This document shows positions 12,006-28,240 of a stretch of 64,000 nt of DNA, piece after piece. Both the position numbers and the translations under genes were made by a program. Each line of letters begins with the position of its first letter. Position 1 is the first letter of the stretch. The notes beneath the pieces are model-generated. The model had not been told where the DNA came from. It saw only the letters and a program-made list of their open reading frames with translations, and made no database searches. Origin of the DNA: Daphnia carinata (lineage: Eukaryota); NCBI RefSeq assembly GCF_022539665.2, contig NC_081332.1:3844001-3908000 (forward strand), given 5' to 3'.

Positions 12006-13929
12006 TTCGACGCCCTTACGAAATGGGAAAGCTGTTCTATAAACCGTAGGTCACTTTATGTCGTTTGGTTATCCTAAGATTTGATGTTATTATAAGTAAT
12101 AACAAGAAATATGTGCAGAATTCTTTTCTGTGGAAAATGTTTAACTGTCAGGACTGAAATGCTTTGAGCTGTTTCCTACATTCGTCTGCAAAGGAGTAAA
12201 TCAATGGTAGGACTAAACAGACGGCATCAAGGATGGAAAATAAATTACTCTCAAAAGTTTGAATAGATCGAAATATTACTGCCTAGGAGAGAGCATGACT
12301 AGACTTTGTCGTGTTAGGGACTTCAACTAACCTCAATAGAACAATGAGATAACCATAGAGAGGAGTCATTCACTGGGTTTCGTTAAAAATTACGTTATGC
12401 TTGATTGCGCAGTCTGTCATAACCTCATGATGTTTCCCTGTAAGGTACTAACAAAGTGGTAAGCTCCCACGTCTATTCTACTACTCTTTTACACCAGGTG
12501 GTCAGATATTATGGGTTCAACACGCGATACAAGATAAACGATGTTAAAGGCTGAGATTCAAACGGCACTTCTTAGCAAATCAAAATCTTCCATGACTATG
12601 TTCGTGACTATGTCCGTACTATGTTTTTAATAGCAAACGTTGGTAGCGAGGAAATACAGCATAGTCGGGGAGAAGATCGATAATCGTGAACCGGTTTACT
12701 TTGGGAATGAGTTGTGCAACTTGCTTGGCAATTTTTTGCATATCTTTAACACCTATTGAGGGCTTCTCATTTCTATGCATATTAACTGGAAGTCCTGCTA
12801 AACTTGAAGCTAATTACTATTGGTTCCCCATTTCTTTAATTACCTTGAGAATTTTTAGAAGCAAAGCTACTAGAAGTAGACCTGGTAGATAGATTTCCAT
12901 TGTACAATTGAGACAAATTTCATCTTAGATGATGTTCAGGTTCTATGATGTGAATTGAAGTATAAGAAATGTTATAAGGTAGTAAAGAAAGCACTGTAGG
13001 GACAAATGAAATTTGTTTACTTGTGCAATATAATTTTTCAGAATGGCCTGCTGGAAAAGACCTATCATTGGTTCAGTGTTCCCATTTCTTGTCAATGTTA
13101 CACTTGTTGTGGAGACGAATGTTTAAATTTGATATGAAACATTTGTGGCATTGTGTTGACCTGTAAATTTTCCAAAATAATAGTTGAACCTGTGACAGAT
13201 TCCTTGATTTCAAAACAGAGCTACAATATAACCTGAAACAACAGCTATGTTGCTGGTTTTATTACCAAATGGTTATGAATTTCCTTACTAATCAAACTTG
13301 TTAGGGCTAAAACGGTTAATGAGGACTTGAGGCAAAGAAACCAAAACGTGCTTCTTTATGAGTAGACGACTGTCCACGTTTAGTTGTAGAAAATCTGATA
13401 ATTCGCTACACGAAAATGGAACAACATACTTTTTGCTGCTTGCATTTTGAGAGACACATCGGATTCATAATTGCGAACTATGAATACCAATCTACGGTTG
13501 TATTGTGGCTAATGAAAAGAACGATGAAAAAGGACGAGTGTGCTCGTATTTGAAAACAAAGAAGAAACAAAAACCGCAGGAAAACGCAAACAGCGAGAGT
13601 GCCTAACTTCTTTAAATTGAGCACTATAAGAAACAAAACGCACAAGGGGTAAAAATTTCTTTATGCGAAAAAAATCACATTTTACATTATTTTTTTGGCA
13701 TTTCTAGACAATTTTTGTAAAACAAAGAAATTAAAAAGTTCTACTTGTGATTTTCAGATACTGTTTAGCATTAGAGTCCTGCATGACACTGCGGACTTTG
13801 CCGAGAAGGAAAAGCGACAAGGTTTTCCTACTCAATAAAATTTTTAAAATTTTATTGTCACTCGTTAGTAATTGAAGCAGCAAAGAAGCAATAAATTAAT
13901 ATTGCGTCATTGAGTAAATAAGCAAAAGA

Positions 13930-15821
<1,892 letters not shown>

Positions 15822-16949
15822 TTGTGACTGGAATTTGTATGGTAAAAGTACCACGGTTAAACTTGGAATAAATACGAAAAATTTGAACAATTTAGAAGTT
15901 ACCAATTTTGCAATCTTCTACGTACAGGTCTCTCTGCTCTACTTTCACCAATATGCGTCAAGTTTGCTGCATTTTGTATTTCTGGGCTCTTTCCTGAGAC
16001 AAGTTAAAAATTGTGCTACCGAACTAAGCGATAGGCTGGCATTAAGATGGGTGGAGGAAGGGAAAAAAACGTTACATATCACATGAAAAGATTCAAGAGG
16101 AAATGAAGGTGTACATGTCCGACTGACATGTTCTATAAACGAACAACCCCTATGTTAAATTCGTTTATTTTTGGGGGGCAAAATTTCCAAAAAGGAGATA
16201 ACGAGATCTTGGCCATGTATTCTTATTTACTTTGCAAAGATTGTGTTTGATAACCCACCCAACGAAGAAGTAGATTTGTTTTTTGTAAAAAAGATAAAGG
16301 GGGGAGGAAGTAAGACAAGTATTACAAGTCAACGACAAATCATCAACCGCTTCGACTATATCATCAATCATGGTCAAGATACGGATAAACCCTCTCCCCG
16401 TGAGACACAAACAAGATGATAAAAAAAAAGGAAATCAACAGTGCTGGCGAGAACGATAACAGGAGAATTGTGTTAAATGGTTTGTTTTTATCTCCTTTTG
16501 TTTTGCTACTGAACAACGGGAATGACACATGCGTGTAAAATGAAAATGTGTTTTGTGTGTGTGTGGGTACACGTTTAAGAAATGGAGTCTGTAAAGAGGG
16601 GAAAGGATGAGCAAAACAAAATGAACAATGATCATCATGACAAAAGTCAGCAAGTACGACATTTGATAAAGGCACTTACGAGGGGGATAGGGTCTGTTGG
16701 ACCTATAATGCGTAGGAAACAAGAATCTATCTCTCGGCAAATATTTTCGTGGAGACTTCCAGGCAAAAAGAAAACAACTTGTCAACCATGATTTTTGCTC
16801 TAGCTAAGCAAGTAAAATTTAAACAACAGAAGAATTGGGGGAGGAAAGTGATGAAGAAATGGCGAAAACAAAATTGTAAGTTTTTTTTTTTAGCTTGTGG
16901 TGTTGGTTTTCTGTCAACTTACCTGCAGGGTAGGTTTGCAATACAAAAC

Positions 16950-19900
16950 CTAATGAGGTGAAGTCGACTTAAGCAGCAGTCGATACCGGTCGCTAGTTTG
17001 ATCTGAAAAAGAAAAGATGTTTTTAAGAACCACTGGATATTGTAGATCGTGACGTCATTGGTGTTACCAGGTAGTAGTTCGACAGTGTACATAGATTCGT
17101 CCTTCATGTTTTGAACGACTTCGTCAGTGACGAGGACGTGGATTCCGCAAGGTCCTTCGATGTAAACGTCCAAGACGTGCTGGGACGACAATTGCACAAG
17201 GGCGGCTAGTTTGTTTCCGATCTCGACGCAGGACAAGTTTTCTAAAAATATGGCATGGAACACCTGGCTCTGATCCTGCGTCAAGTAGAGGGTCAGCCTC
17301 GGCGCCAAGGCTCTATTTAAAAACAATAAACGATTCATAAATCAATCACTGTTGAGAGAAAAACAATCAACTCGACATACTTGGCGTGAAGAGCGTTGAA
17401 AAGTCGGATACCGTCGGCCAGACCACAAATTTGAATAAGGTCGTCGCGTGTCAACCTGAGAATGTCGGCTCCGGCAAAGCGAGAAAATGTGCGGGCGTGG
17501 CTTGAGAATCTGTTCGTTTGCAGCCACTGGGCCGTCTGCTGAGCGCTTGCCTCGGCGCTTAACGGCTGTAGGTAATACTGGTAAACGGCACTATTACCAC
17601 TTCCGATCATAGATGTCTATTGATACATAAATATGATAATAAAAACATAATCATGAACATCTCGCAAGCGAATTTGACTTACAGGGCTTTCGACATTGTC
17701 TGTATCGTGTCCAAGAGGACTTTCACTCGGGCATCCTTCACTGGTAAAACTTTGTGATTTGCTGCGATTAGGAACGTCATTTTAAATCATTAATAGATGT
17801 TGAAAAAAATAAATAAATAAAAAGCGCTCTTACTGTAATTCAGTAGGGCTGTACGTTCGACTGGCCAAAACAGCCGGTGGAGTAACCACAGTGGTTGCGA
17901 CAGCCACCACTTGAGTCGTCTGGCTGCTGCTACCGTTGCTGGTTGCCGTGCCTACGGGCACGATTGCTGACGTATAAACTAATTCCAGCGGTATCTATTG
18001 ATACAAAATAAACATTTATGAATAATCTAAATTCATACATGGTAGAAATATGAAGGACTTACTTCTGCTAAAATGGTGCATTCACAAGATGGTTGGTACT
18101 TTTCCTGTTCGGCCATCGGTCGCTTATAAATCTTTTCTCTGTCTTGTTTATGTTTTCGATCCGCTCCTTTCAACTACAATTGCAATTTAAAAACCAAGAG
18201 TCATTAATCATGTAATTAAAAAAAATAATAAAATAAAAAACGCAATACCTTAAAAACTTTAATCTGGCAACCTGCAACGTGCAGACGCTTCGGGGTGCCA
18301 TCGCCATCACCGTGAGAATACGTTTCCACTTGAATGCGGAATGGAACACCCTTCTCACCGCCGTGTTTCTTTGGCGTGAACTCTGTGCTGATGCAATTAA
18401 CTTTGATGTAGACGCCCACTTCCTTGGTGGGATCCCAAGCAAATTCGACGACATTCAAGTTGCTATTGTCCTGGACGACTTCGTAAATGCCGTAGGATAA
18501 GGGCACGTCTATCTCGACGATGCGATCGCCCGGCCGCGACATCCTCCACGCAGCGATCTGTTCACGTTCCATGTACTGCAGTCTGCGTTCGTGAAAACAC
18601 AAACGTACGACGCTCTAAAACATAATTCAATTAGAAATTGTGGAATTTTTGGAAAATTAAATTTCAAAAGAAAACTTACTCTGAGCAATTTTCCTCTAAA
18701 GTTGGACAGATCGCCCAGCTTCTTCATTTTAATCTCGTAGGGTTGCCCCTGGTTCAAATAAGTCAGAGACTCTTCGTTGACCTTGGTGGCAATCGACGTC
18801 GCAGCAGCCAACACGTACTGGAATCTAAACGTAATTCAGGTCAATTAGAATCAGACTTTCCAAACTTGATAAATCATTCATGAAGTGGAAATGACGAAGG
18901 GGACGGGGGAATTTTTCCAACCTGTTGTCGGCATTAGCGTCGGCCTCGTTGAGTCGATCGTATTTGTACTTTTCTCCGTGATAATTGGTAGCTCCGACGC
19001 CAGTTGAACCTCCTTGCTGATGGAGTCCACCAGAAGAGGACATGCCTTCGTTGGATGATGATGACGTCAGGCTGGAAGCGCTACCCGTACCAACACCGCC
19101 CGTGATGGGCCCAGCTCCTCCAACGGCTCCACCGCCTACTCCGCCGTCCTGACCACTCCAGCTCGAATGTTGGTGCAACATGTGCTGGAACGGATGCGAA
19201 TAGCCGCTCTGGTCGCCACCGTGCCCGTGTCCAGTCAGATGCGTCACGGTACGGCCTTCGCTGGATGCCCTTTCCGTCGTTTGCGGAGGCGACGGATTGG
19301 CTCCGACCCTTCTGTCATGTGAAAAATAAATTAAATGATGTCTCCAAAAAATTTTAAAATCCTCTTAGAAAACATACCCATGATCTCCATTGGGAGGTGA
19401 CGGCGCCTCTTGTTTGAATCCAGTCAATGTAGGGAGGGCCAGCAACGCCTCACTAGAAAAAGAATTAAATTTATTTAAGTCGCGTACCGATACGACAAAA
19501 ACTATCAATTACAATAAAAAAAATTTCAAGAGAAGAAGAGGGAAAATATTTTCTGAGAAAATACGCCGAATAAAAAAATCAAGAGACACACAGAGAGAGA
19601 GAGGGCTCCAATAAGAGCGGAGCATGTGATATCGAATACGACTAGCTTCATTTTCCATGCATTTCACACAGGCAGCGGGTCGAAAAGAGAGGCCCGAATC
19701 GTGGCCGGGAATGAAAAACTATACATCACACATAATCAAGTGGATAAATAAAAAGGTCTGCAACGGCACGGTGGGGCCAAAAAAAAAATTAAATAAAAAA
19801 AAAAAACTCGTCCCGAAAAGTTCGGCGATCGTAATTGGACGTCTACTCTCTTCACTACTTTTTTTCTCTCTTTCCCCGATAGCCATTGGAAATTCGGTTC

Positions 19901-22900
19901 ACACCAGTTTTGCCTCCCCCCATTTTTTGTATGCAAACTGTGTTTGGATAAGACGGAAAAAAAAAAAATTGATGACGTGATTCGAATGCCCTCAATTTCT
20001 TCCCACACCACACGCAAAAATTGAAGTTGATGGTACATGTCGCTATACCCTTCCATTTCCCATGGCGATGGCGAAGTGGATCTCCACGAGGACGACACGG
20101 GACTCGACCGTGAAATCATCTTGCGCCGTGTCAGCTCGAGAGCAGACGGTGACGAAGAAGGGGCCGGATAGTGGGCGTAGGCCGAAGACGAGCAAGCAGA
20201 CGATGTCGGATGATGTCCGTTGGTGGTGGCCGAACCGCCGTTGCAGCCAGCGCTACTGCCGTTGCTGCTGTAATTGTACGAGTAAGGATGGTAAGCCGTA
20301 TTGGAAGTGGCAAAGTGATGGTGGTGATGGTGGTGGTAAGCTGCAGCTGCTGCGGCCGCCGCAGCGGCTGCCACGGCCACCGACGGATGGCCCGAGTAGT
20401 GATGGGGCGAAGAAGAGGATGAATACGGCGCCGGAGAGTTACTGGCGCAAATGGAATTCGACGACGAATTGAGGGTGGACGACGTGCCACACAGGGGGGC
20501 AGCACCACCGCCTACACCACCATCAGCCACGTGATGAACGTGGTGATACGGCGTGTAATGGTGCAGCGGCCCTGCCGTACCGCTGGCGCTGTTGCCGGCC
20601 AGTCCAACGCCGGCTGATGACGATGCGAATGAAGACGTTAATGAACCGGGCGGCCCGCACGGCATAGGGGCCACCGGCGGGTACGGTGAAGGTATCGGAG
20701 CCACAATTGAAACTAATCAAAACACACACACCTCCTCTTTTCGCTAATTTTCTTTCGAGTTTCACGCAGATTATTCGGACTTTTTTTCTTTCACTAAATG
20801 GCGAACTCTTCACTTGAAAATTTCTTAACGCCACATCGTTTTTAAAAAAACTGCGCGTTTCAATTTCAAAGGGTTGAAATGTCTAATGGTCAAAATGGAT
20901 TTTCCTCAGTTTTTAACCCGAACTGTGTGGCGCTGTAAAATGAAAGCAGAGAGCCGATCGCCGTGGTCAGGCACGTTCGGAAGTCAGGTAAAGACTAACA
21001 GACAATCTAAAGGACTGGCAGTGCCTTTCTCCCTCAAGCCTTGCACCACACGTACGTACACATGTAGACGACCACAACTACATCAAAACAAAAGCTAGTT
21101 AAAAATAAAAAAAAGGGCAAATGAGCTCGTCCCCTTTTCAACATCCGACTCCTTCATGAGAAGAAGAAGAAAAAATTAAAACGAAAGGAGCTTCTTCAGG
21201 ACTCTATCGATGTAAGCCATCACCTGTTGATTGGCATGGGTATCAGTGCTGTGTGAGGGGGGAGGATGGGTCGAACCTTAAGGCCATTAAATCGATTTTA
21301 AAATTTAAAACGAAATCATTTAACGACTTCATTACAAGAAACAAATAGACAAAAGCTCAAACGATTTGAATTGAAACACACGGTGGAAATGAGATGCTGA
21401 TGCGATTAGATGAATTAATCCCTACGCCCTATGCTGACAAACCGGAAGTCCAGCGTGATCCGGTGTAAACAAGATATTCCGACGATTGTGTCACCTCAGT
21501 AAAAAAAAAAATATCAAGAAGTTTTGAAATTCAAGATGTTGAAAAAGAAGAGAAAAACGTCCAGAATACGTAATGCGAAAATCGTTAACAAACTCGAAAA
21601 TCCTATCGAAAAATGAGTACTAATAACAAACTAAACAGAAGATAAAATAAAACAAACGTCTGGACCTCGTAGAGAGAAAGTTTCACGTAAAATAGACGAA
21701 TAAAAAAATTCATTTAAGAGACTTGATTAGCTAATGAAATAGCGAGCGCACAGCTTCCTGATGGAAGTATATTAAGGAACTTGGAAAAAAAATATATATA
21801 TAAATACAACTCATTAAATACCACAATGAGTCGGGATCTCTTTTACGAACGAACGAAGCGCCTCTGAAAAACAAAAAATTAATTTATTTGAAACAGAAGG
21901 CTCGGCTGACCAGACCCGGTGAGAGAGGTAGTCTCGGGACCGACGCAATTAAGAAGTCGGCCAGCCGGTAACGAGCCTCGGATAAATCATATACGTTTTG
22001 CTGCCTGGCCCGTTCACCATTAAAAAAAAAAAAAAGAATTTTCAAGAAATATCCCCACAAAAAAAAAAATCCCTCATTTGTGAAGGATATATTTTAACGT
22101 TTCCGGTCGGGATAGCCCGTTAGTGTAACTCAACCAAAAAGAAAGAAAAAACTTCAATGGAGTTTTGATCGAATAATTTTGTTGTCCCTGAACGTACGTA
22201 AAGGTCCGTCCTGCGTGAGGAAGTTGTAGCTTCCAAATTTTCGTATCATTAGCTGCGCGGACTTCAATTAGGGAAACGAATCGAAACTGGCGATAGAACA
22301 AAGAAAAACAAGGCGCTGCAAAAGCGACAAAATGTGTCCCGACATTTCGATTTTCTCATTACCAGAGACAGGGAAAATGAGGGAGAACAACAACTGGAAA
22401 CTGTTGTGCAGAAAGGAGATGACACGCGGACTGGATAATAAACCTTTTTGCGGCTCTTGCTGTTATCCTGTTGGCCGTCTCCAATTTCAATTTCGGCTCA
22501 TTACGGAAGCGAAAATAATCAAAACAAAAAAAAACTGGAAGGAAAAGCGGGGACCGTGTGCAACAAGAAAACGCAGTAAAAATCAGATCTCTGCCCTTTG
22601 CCAGGGGTTTCAAATGATTTGGCCCCTTTTTCTTAACCGACATCTCGTTAGTGGCTCATTAAAAGAAAATAGACTCGAAAAGAAAATGAAAGGGCGTCAT
22701 CTTTGAGGGCCACAGACGTACGGTAGGCAATGAATAAAAACGACAACGCCTTCCTCCACCCTACTACCCCCTTTGTGAAAACAAGAAAAGTCCCTTCACA
22801 ACATTCACAACTCGAAAAAAAAAAGGGTTTACTATCAATGACTTCATTTGTTATTCATTTTTCCTCGTAAAAGAGCCAACTTCCTCCCCTCCCCTTGTCA

Positions 22901-23465
22901 ACGAGTATGGCCGTGTCGAATCATAACATGTTCGATTTCTTTCTTTTTCCGAAAGCCAAATGCGTCGTGATTATGGCGTTCATTAGTCAAACTATCGTTC
23001 AAGAGAGAAAAACGTGCCATCCCACCGTGAAAATCTAAAAATCGGAGGAATTCAGTAGCACTTTTCAAATCGACCGTATCTTATTGCCGTGTGTGATGTT
23101 TAAAGATATACTACTACGAATAAATCAAACATGTTGCTGCTCATTTAGAAGAAAAAAAAAATGCTGAGATCATTTTCTGGATAGAGCTAAAAATGGGGGG
23201 GGGGGGCCTTTTCGTCTAATGAACAAGTGTTATCTGCACGGACTATCAATTTTCGTCTTTCAACAGACGACGAAACTAACCAATGAAGCTCACAATGGAT
23301 TGAGGTGTAGGGTGGGAAAGAAAAGAAATGACTTTGGAAGACTGACCTCATGTTGTACGATGCGACGCTGAGATCAACTCCCAGGCCGGATAGGCTACCG
23401 TCAAAATCAGCCGCTAGGTTGTCGTCAATATCTTCTAATCTCCAGCCGGCCACTCGGTTGTTCAT
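16950..23465 (-). CDS. TFCP2: CP2/LSF-family transcription factor (TFCP2/UBP1, Drosophila gemini-like), multi-exon, with alternative 5' exons
   Basis: [10 protein letters not shown]...[13 protein letters not shown]2 DNA-binding domain ([66 protein letters not shown]), a SAM-like region ([30 protein letters not shown]) and C-terminal [16 protein letters not shown]. Stop at 16950. The true start may lie upstream. Confidence 0.93.
20049..20665 (-). CDS. Alternative first coding exon of the CP2 gene (His/Ala/Ser-rich)
   Basis: GC-rich open frame from ATG 20665. The donor AAGG|GTATAG at 20049/20048 is phase 2, matching the acceptor of the EALLALP exon near 19452. Confidence 0.6.
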
Positions 23466-24700
23466 CGACGTCCCATGAAAATGTCGTTCACCTGCACATA
23501 AAAACAATTGCACAAAATTGGAATAAAAACTGTTTCGAAATTACTTTGAAACTAAACAAAAAAAACAAAAACAAAAAAAAAATCAAAATTGCAACAGGCG
23601 ACACCAGCGCCAACAACATTAGCGGCGAGGTTATGAACTAAATGAATTACAAGTCAAACTATCAAATCTGATGTGTGTTTTGAAGTTTTATCGTTAGACA
23701 TACCAAACACGACCCGTCTATTTTTTCCTGCTTTTATTTTATCTTTTTCTTCTCAGAATCGAAGACGATGACTTTCATATGGTGAACATCTCTACCATTG
23801 TGTGATTAGTAAAGCACGACAGGTACGAATCATAAAGTTAACCAAAAAAACTAAAATAAGGGTGGACGCGAGTAAAAAAAAAAGGAGGGGGGAAAGGTAA
23901 AAGAACAAAACGTCATTAGGGACATTTATAATTACCCGACATGTGCAATGGCGGCGTATCGCGGCAAGACGCGCTGGCCCGGTTTCGAATTTCCATCACG
24001 TCCGAAGCGTGCACCTACGCAGCACAAAATAAATAACAATGAAATTGATTTCTTTTTTTTTTTTGTTTAAATTCAATTCAACACTTTGGAAAGTTCAAAG
24101 ATTACAATATTATCGACCCCCCTCTACAAACGCCAAATAGACCGCTGTACAAAAGGGTAAAAAAATAAAACAGGAGAAAGAAAAGGAAAATGCGCGTTTG
24201 ATTTTTTATCACGACGCGTTTATCCTGGACGTAATCTCGCGATACAAATATTAGCCAACTCGTGTGATAAACGCATCAGATAATTAACCTCTTTATTTGC
24301 TTGTTAAAATATGGACGATAAGCTATCACCATCGCCGACGTGAATTAACTTGAGATTCCACCAACGCTACCAGTCACCCAAGGTTTGTTAAAGATTATGA
24401 CGTACCCAACAAAACAAAACAAAAAACGAGATCATTTAAATGGACCATCCAGCGCCATATAGTTAACAACGAACGGCCGCAATCTGTTCCCGTCATAAAA
24501 TCATTCGAAAACGTTCGGAAATTTGGTAATTTCGTCAGGCCCGTCCGCTCTCAACGGCACACGGTGGCGTCTTAACACTCAAGGACGAACATGCAACGAT
24601 TGCGTCAGGTATCTCGCCCCCCCCCCCAAAAAGGTGTCCATTTTTTTTTTTACAAATGACTACATTAAAAAATTAAAATAAATATGAAAAAATCACTCAC

Positions 24701-25480
24701 GTCCACGGGTGGTGCTGGCGTTGCCAAGTTGCCGTCATCGGGCAGGTCCGGAGGATGGCCGCAAGCGGAATCTGCCGTGCTGCTGCACAGGCTCTCGGTG
24801 CTGCCGCCACCCGAGCAGGAAGGCGGCCCGAAAGAGCGCGATTGATAGAACGAGAAGCTGGGCACGTAATTGGAGGCGGCCGAGAAACTGATTCCTGCCG
24901 ACAACGCGCTGCTGCTCGTCGAGGTTAACGTCCGCGAGGAAGTCGAAGTCGTTCCAGTTGCAACTGTCACCGCTGGAGGGGCAGTGGTAGGAACGCCGGC
25001 GTGATTCGTCGGCTGAATGGAAGCCGAGGGACGGGCCTGTCCCACTAATCCCATATGACGCATGTCTGACAGTGATATGGTGTTGCTTCCGCCCGAATTG
25101 GCCGCATTCTCCGGCAACAGAAACTGTTCCAAAAGCTTCCTCTTGCGCGACGCCGCGCTTCCAGTTTGGCTCTGCGTCAGACGGGAATTGGCCGTCATCG
25201 ACAAGGCCGAAGAACCGCTATCACTGCGGGCCAAGTGCCTCTCCACGCCAGTGGTCGTCCATTGAAACAGATCCGAATTGTCGGACGCGTTATCGCTGGA
25301 CGAATCCGGGCTGGGCGAGGCGGGTGCGATGCAATTGGCCGATTTGGCCGGACGCGGTCCGCGCAAACTGCTGCTGCTACTACTTCCTCCTCCTCCTCCA
25401 CTAGTCGTCCCACCACCAGCCACGGTGGATGAGCCCATAGCGTGCAAACTGCTGGATGCCGATGAGACACGTCGAGGCAT
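24701..25480 (-). CDS. Large Ser/Gly/Thr-rich upstream coding exon of the CP2 locus (MPRRVSS..., 260 codons, NLS-like RKRK)
   Basis: Long GC-rich open frame ending at the strong donor GAC|GTGAGT. How it joins the main frame is unresolved (see findings). Confidence 0.6.
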
Positions 25481-28240
25481 TATTGTGACCACGGAATGGA
25501 TGGTTGCTGAACCCGTTCTCCAATTAACAAATTTTTTTTTTTGTACAACAGCGAAAAAGAAGCAAAAAAAAAAAAGATGGGATTTCACTTTGTCCTCACT
25601 TTGTCCAACTGTTTACAACACATTATTTCCAGTTTTTTACGGTAATTGTCTTCTTCCGATTTTTTGGCGTCCGCCCGTTCGAAAAAAAAATGAATGACGC
25701 AATAACGGGTGGAGTGGCGCTAAAAAAAAGGCAGCGAATAAACGCAGCCTTTATGGTAGCGATGAAAGAAGATTAGGATGGAGAACAAAGAGAAGTGGGA
25801 AAGAAAGAGGCGAAGGCGGACGCGCAGATGACGCCGGGACGGAAGGGCAATTCAGGAGCGGCCCAGCGGAGATGGGTGGTGAGCCCGGGCCGCGAGTCCT
25901 GAACATCCGGCGTGTCGTCGACGTCGCCTTCGACGGCGTTCGCACAACAACTCTGACCCGCAGAAGAACCGCACATCACGGCCGGATTTGCACTTTTTCG
26001 ATTCTCAAGCCACACACTTGCGGCGTGTTGCTCCTTATTTTCTTTTCTCTTCAAAACACTAAACGATCGGCACACTCACGAAGGAAAAAAAAACGATATA
26101 AAGAAAAAAGGGGGAGGAAAACGAAATGCGGGAATTTCTGATGGATGACACCCCCTCAAAAAAAAAAAGTCCTTATCGGCTGCTGGTCAATAGATAATCT
26201 GTAAAAATATCAAACAAAAAATGGGGTTTTAATACGTCAACTGCAGAAAATGGGTGTGTAGATACATGTGCGTAAACGGTCACAGATTTGCAACAATCAT
26301 GGCCGACGACATTGATAAGAAAAACGCACCACTTGCTGGATAGCAACAGAGGCAGACAAGAAACATGCAACAAACTAAAGCAGCAAGTTCTTTTTTGTCT
26401 TCTATTGTTTTAGAAAATGGGCGAAGGGTTTCCCCCAACGCCTCGGGCGCGTTCGTGCCACGAAGCGGGCTGATACGGTTCCCCGTGGGAACGGGTCAGA
26501 CGTGAAAGTCCCTTGATTTTCAATTCAAAACCATTTTATGCAAAAATCTACAAAAAATCGCGGGAAAGATGGGGAGGGGGAATTAAATTCCCATCCATTT
26601 TTCTTACTTTACAAAATCAGGTTTAGTGGTTTTTAATTGGTTTAAGAGAACAAAGTGAATTCAAAACGTGTCCTCTACATTTACCTTCGGGAGTCGGGCA
26701 AACTTACGTCCGAATGCGAGAATCGACTGACAGACTGTGAAATGAATTTTTCGTTATGTCGACACCTTCCGAGAAGAGCATCGACTATACATACTACTAG
26801 ATATCGACAGAAATGTATTGGTGCTAGTGTGCGTTGGACGTGAAGGATGGGAGGGGGGGGGGGAGGTGGCCTTTGTCAAGTAATCAGCACACGTCATCTG
26901 ACCCGCAGAGAAGAAGGTGTCCATTTCGATGGCCAACCATTCGATATAGGACCTTCTTTTTCTACTCTTAAAAAACCTTTTTCTTTATGTAACTTTGAAA
27001 GTTTTAGCTGTGGAAATCAATGGTTGTCTAGAAACAGAGACTGTGTGTGTGTGTGTGCGACGAGGGTCGATTAAAATAAACAAAATAGAAGACATGGGCA
27101 GTCCCCACCGCATTTTTGGTCTTCCCCCAAGCAATTTTGTTTTCAAACTTCTTATATACCTGTTTTTTTTTTCTTATTTAGATTTTTCTTTTTTGTTATT
27201 TTCGAAAAAAACACACGAGCTTGTTGCTAGGGCTCCTACGAGACATTGAAAATGGTTATGTACAATGGGGAGGAGACTGAAATGGGAGCCATTTTCTTCC
27301 AGGAAATATTTTGCTACTTGTTTCTAGTACGTGTGCAAAATTGTGACGTTCATTCGGCCAGATGTTCAATGTTTCAAGTTATGGAAGAAACGAATCGACA
27401 CTCAACACACACACACACACAATGGCTGACGATCAAAACATGGTTTGCCTAGTCTGACTGAATTGTTTGGTGTAGGAAAAAAAATGGCGTAGAAATTCTT
27501 ACCGTTTTGGATCGAGCATGCAACGATGAGCAGTGAAACTGTAATGTTGGCGGAAAAAAACAGAAAAGATCAAGTTGGACCGTGTGACTTATCGAGGCCA
27601 GCAGACCCGCGAAACGGGAGAGGGATATGCACGTCCCTTCGTCTAAGCGAAACTTTTGCTCCATGCCAACAACGTTGCCGTTTTCCATTTCGTTTTTGAT
27701 AATCATTTTTTTCAGAAAATAAAATATTCAGACAAATTACAGCGTTTCCAGTTTTCACTCATGAAATTATCGAATTACAATTCAGTCAAAAAAGAAGCTT
27801 TTAAATTTGATTTATTATTGAATTATTAATGAGAAATTATATTCATAAAAATATCAATTGTTAGCCGAACTACGAGGATGTCATTACCTAATGTGGTTTA
27901 GCCTACAAAAAGCGGAATTAGGCTCGAGACTTACCAATGCAAGTTAAAAAGCTTCTCAAATGCCTTTGCCCTCTGCTTTCAAACAAAAGACTAAAGAAAT
28001 TCTGGGTTATCAAATAAACAAACAAAGCCTAGCAACAGACATCCGGCGAAGTGTCACATGTTCTCAGCAGTCCTTGATGTAGCTGTAACATTTTTTTTTT
28101 ATATCACCACATAACAAAGAATTAGGAACCGAACATCACCTTGCAAAATGGTGTAAAAATCTGAGGCATGTATTAAAAAAAAAATTTGTCACAAGGTACA
28201 CTGAAGAGTGACCAAAACTTTATTCCAAAAAGAAGTTTTT

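Noticed and set aside
21423..21446. CP2-like CCAG-N6-CCGG site inside the CP2 gene (autoregulation)
   Set aside because: The motif is too degenerate to distinguish from chance by eye.
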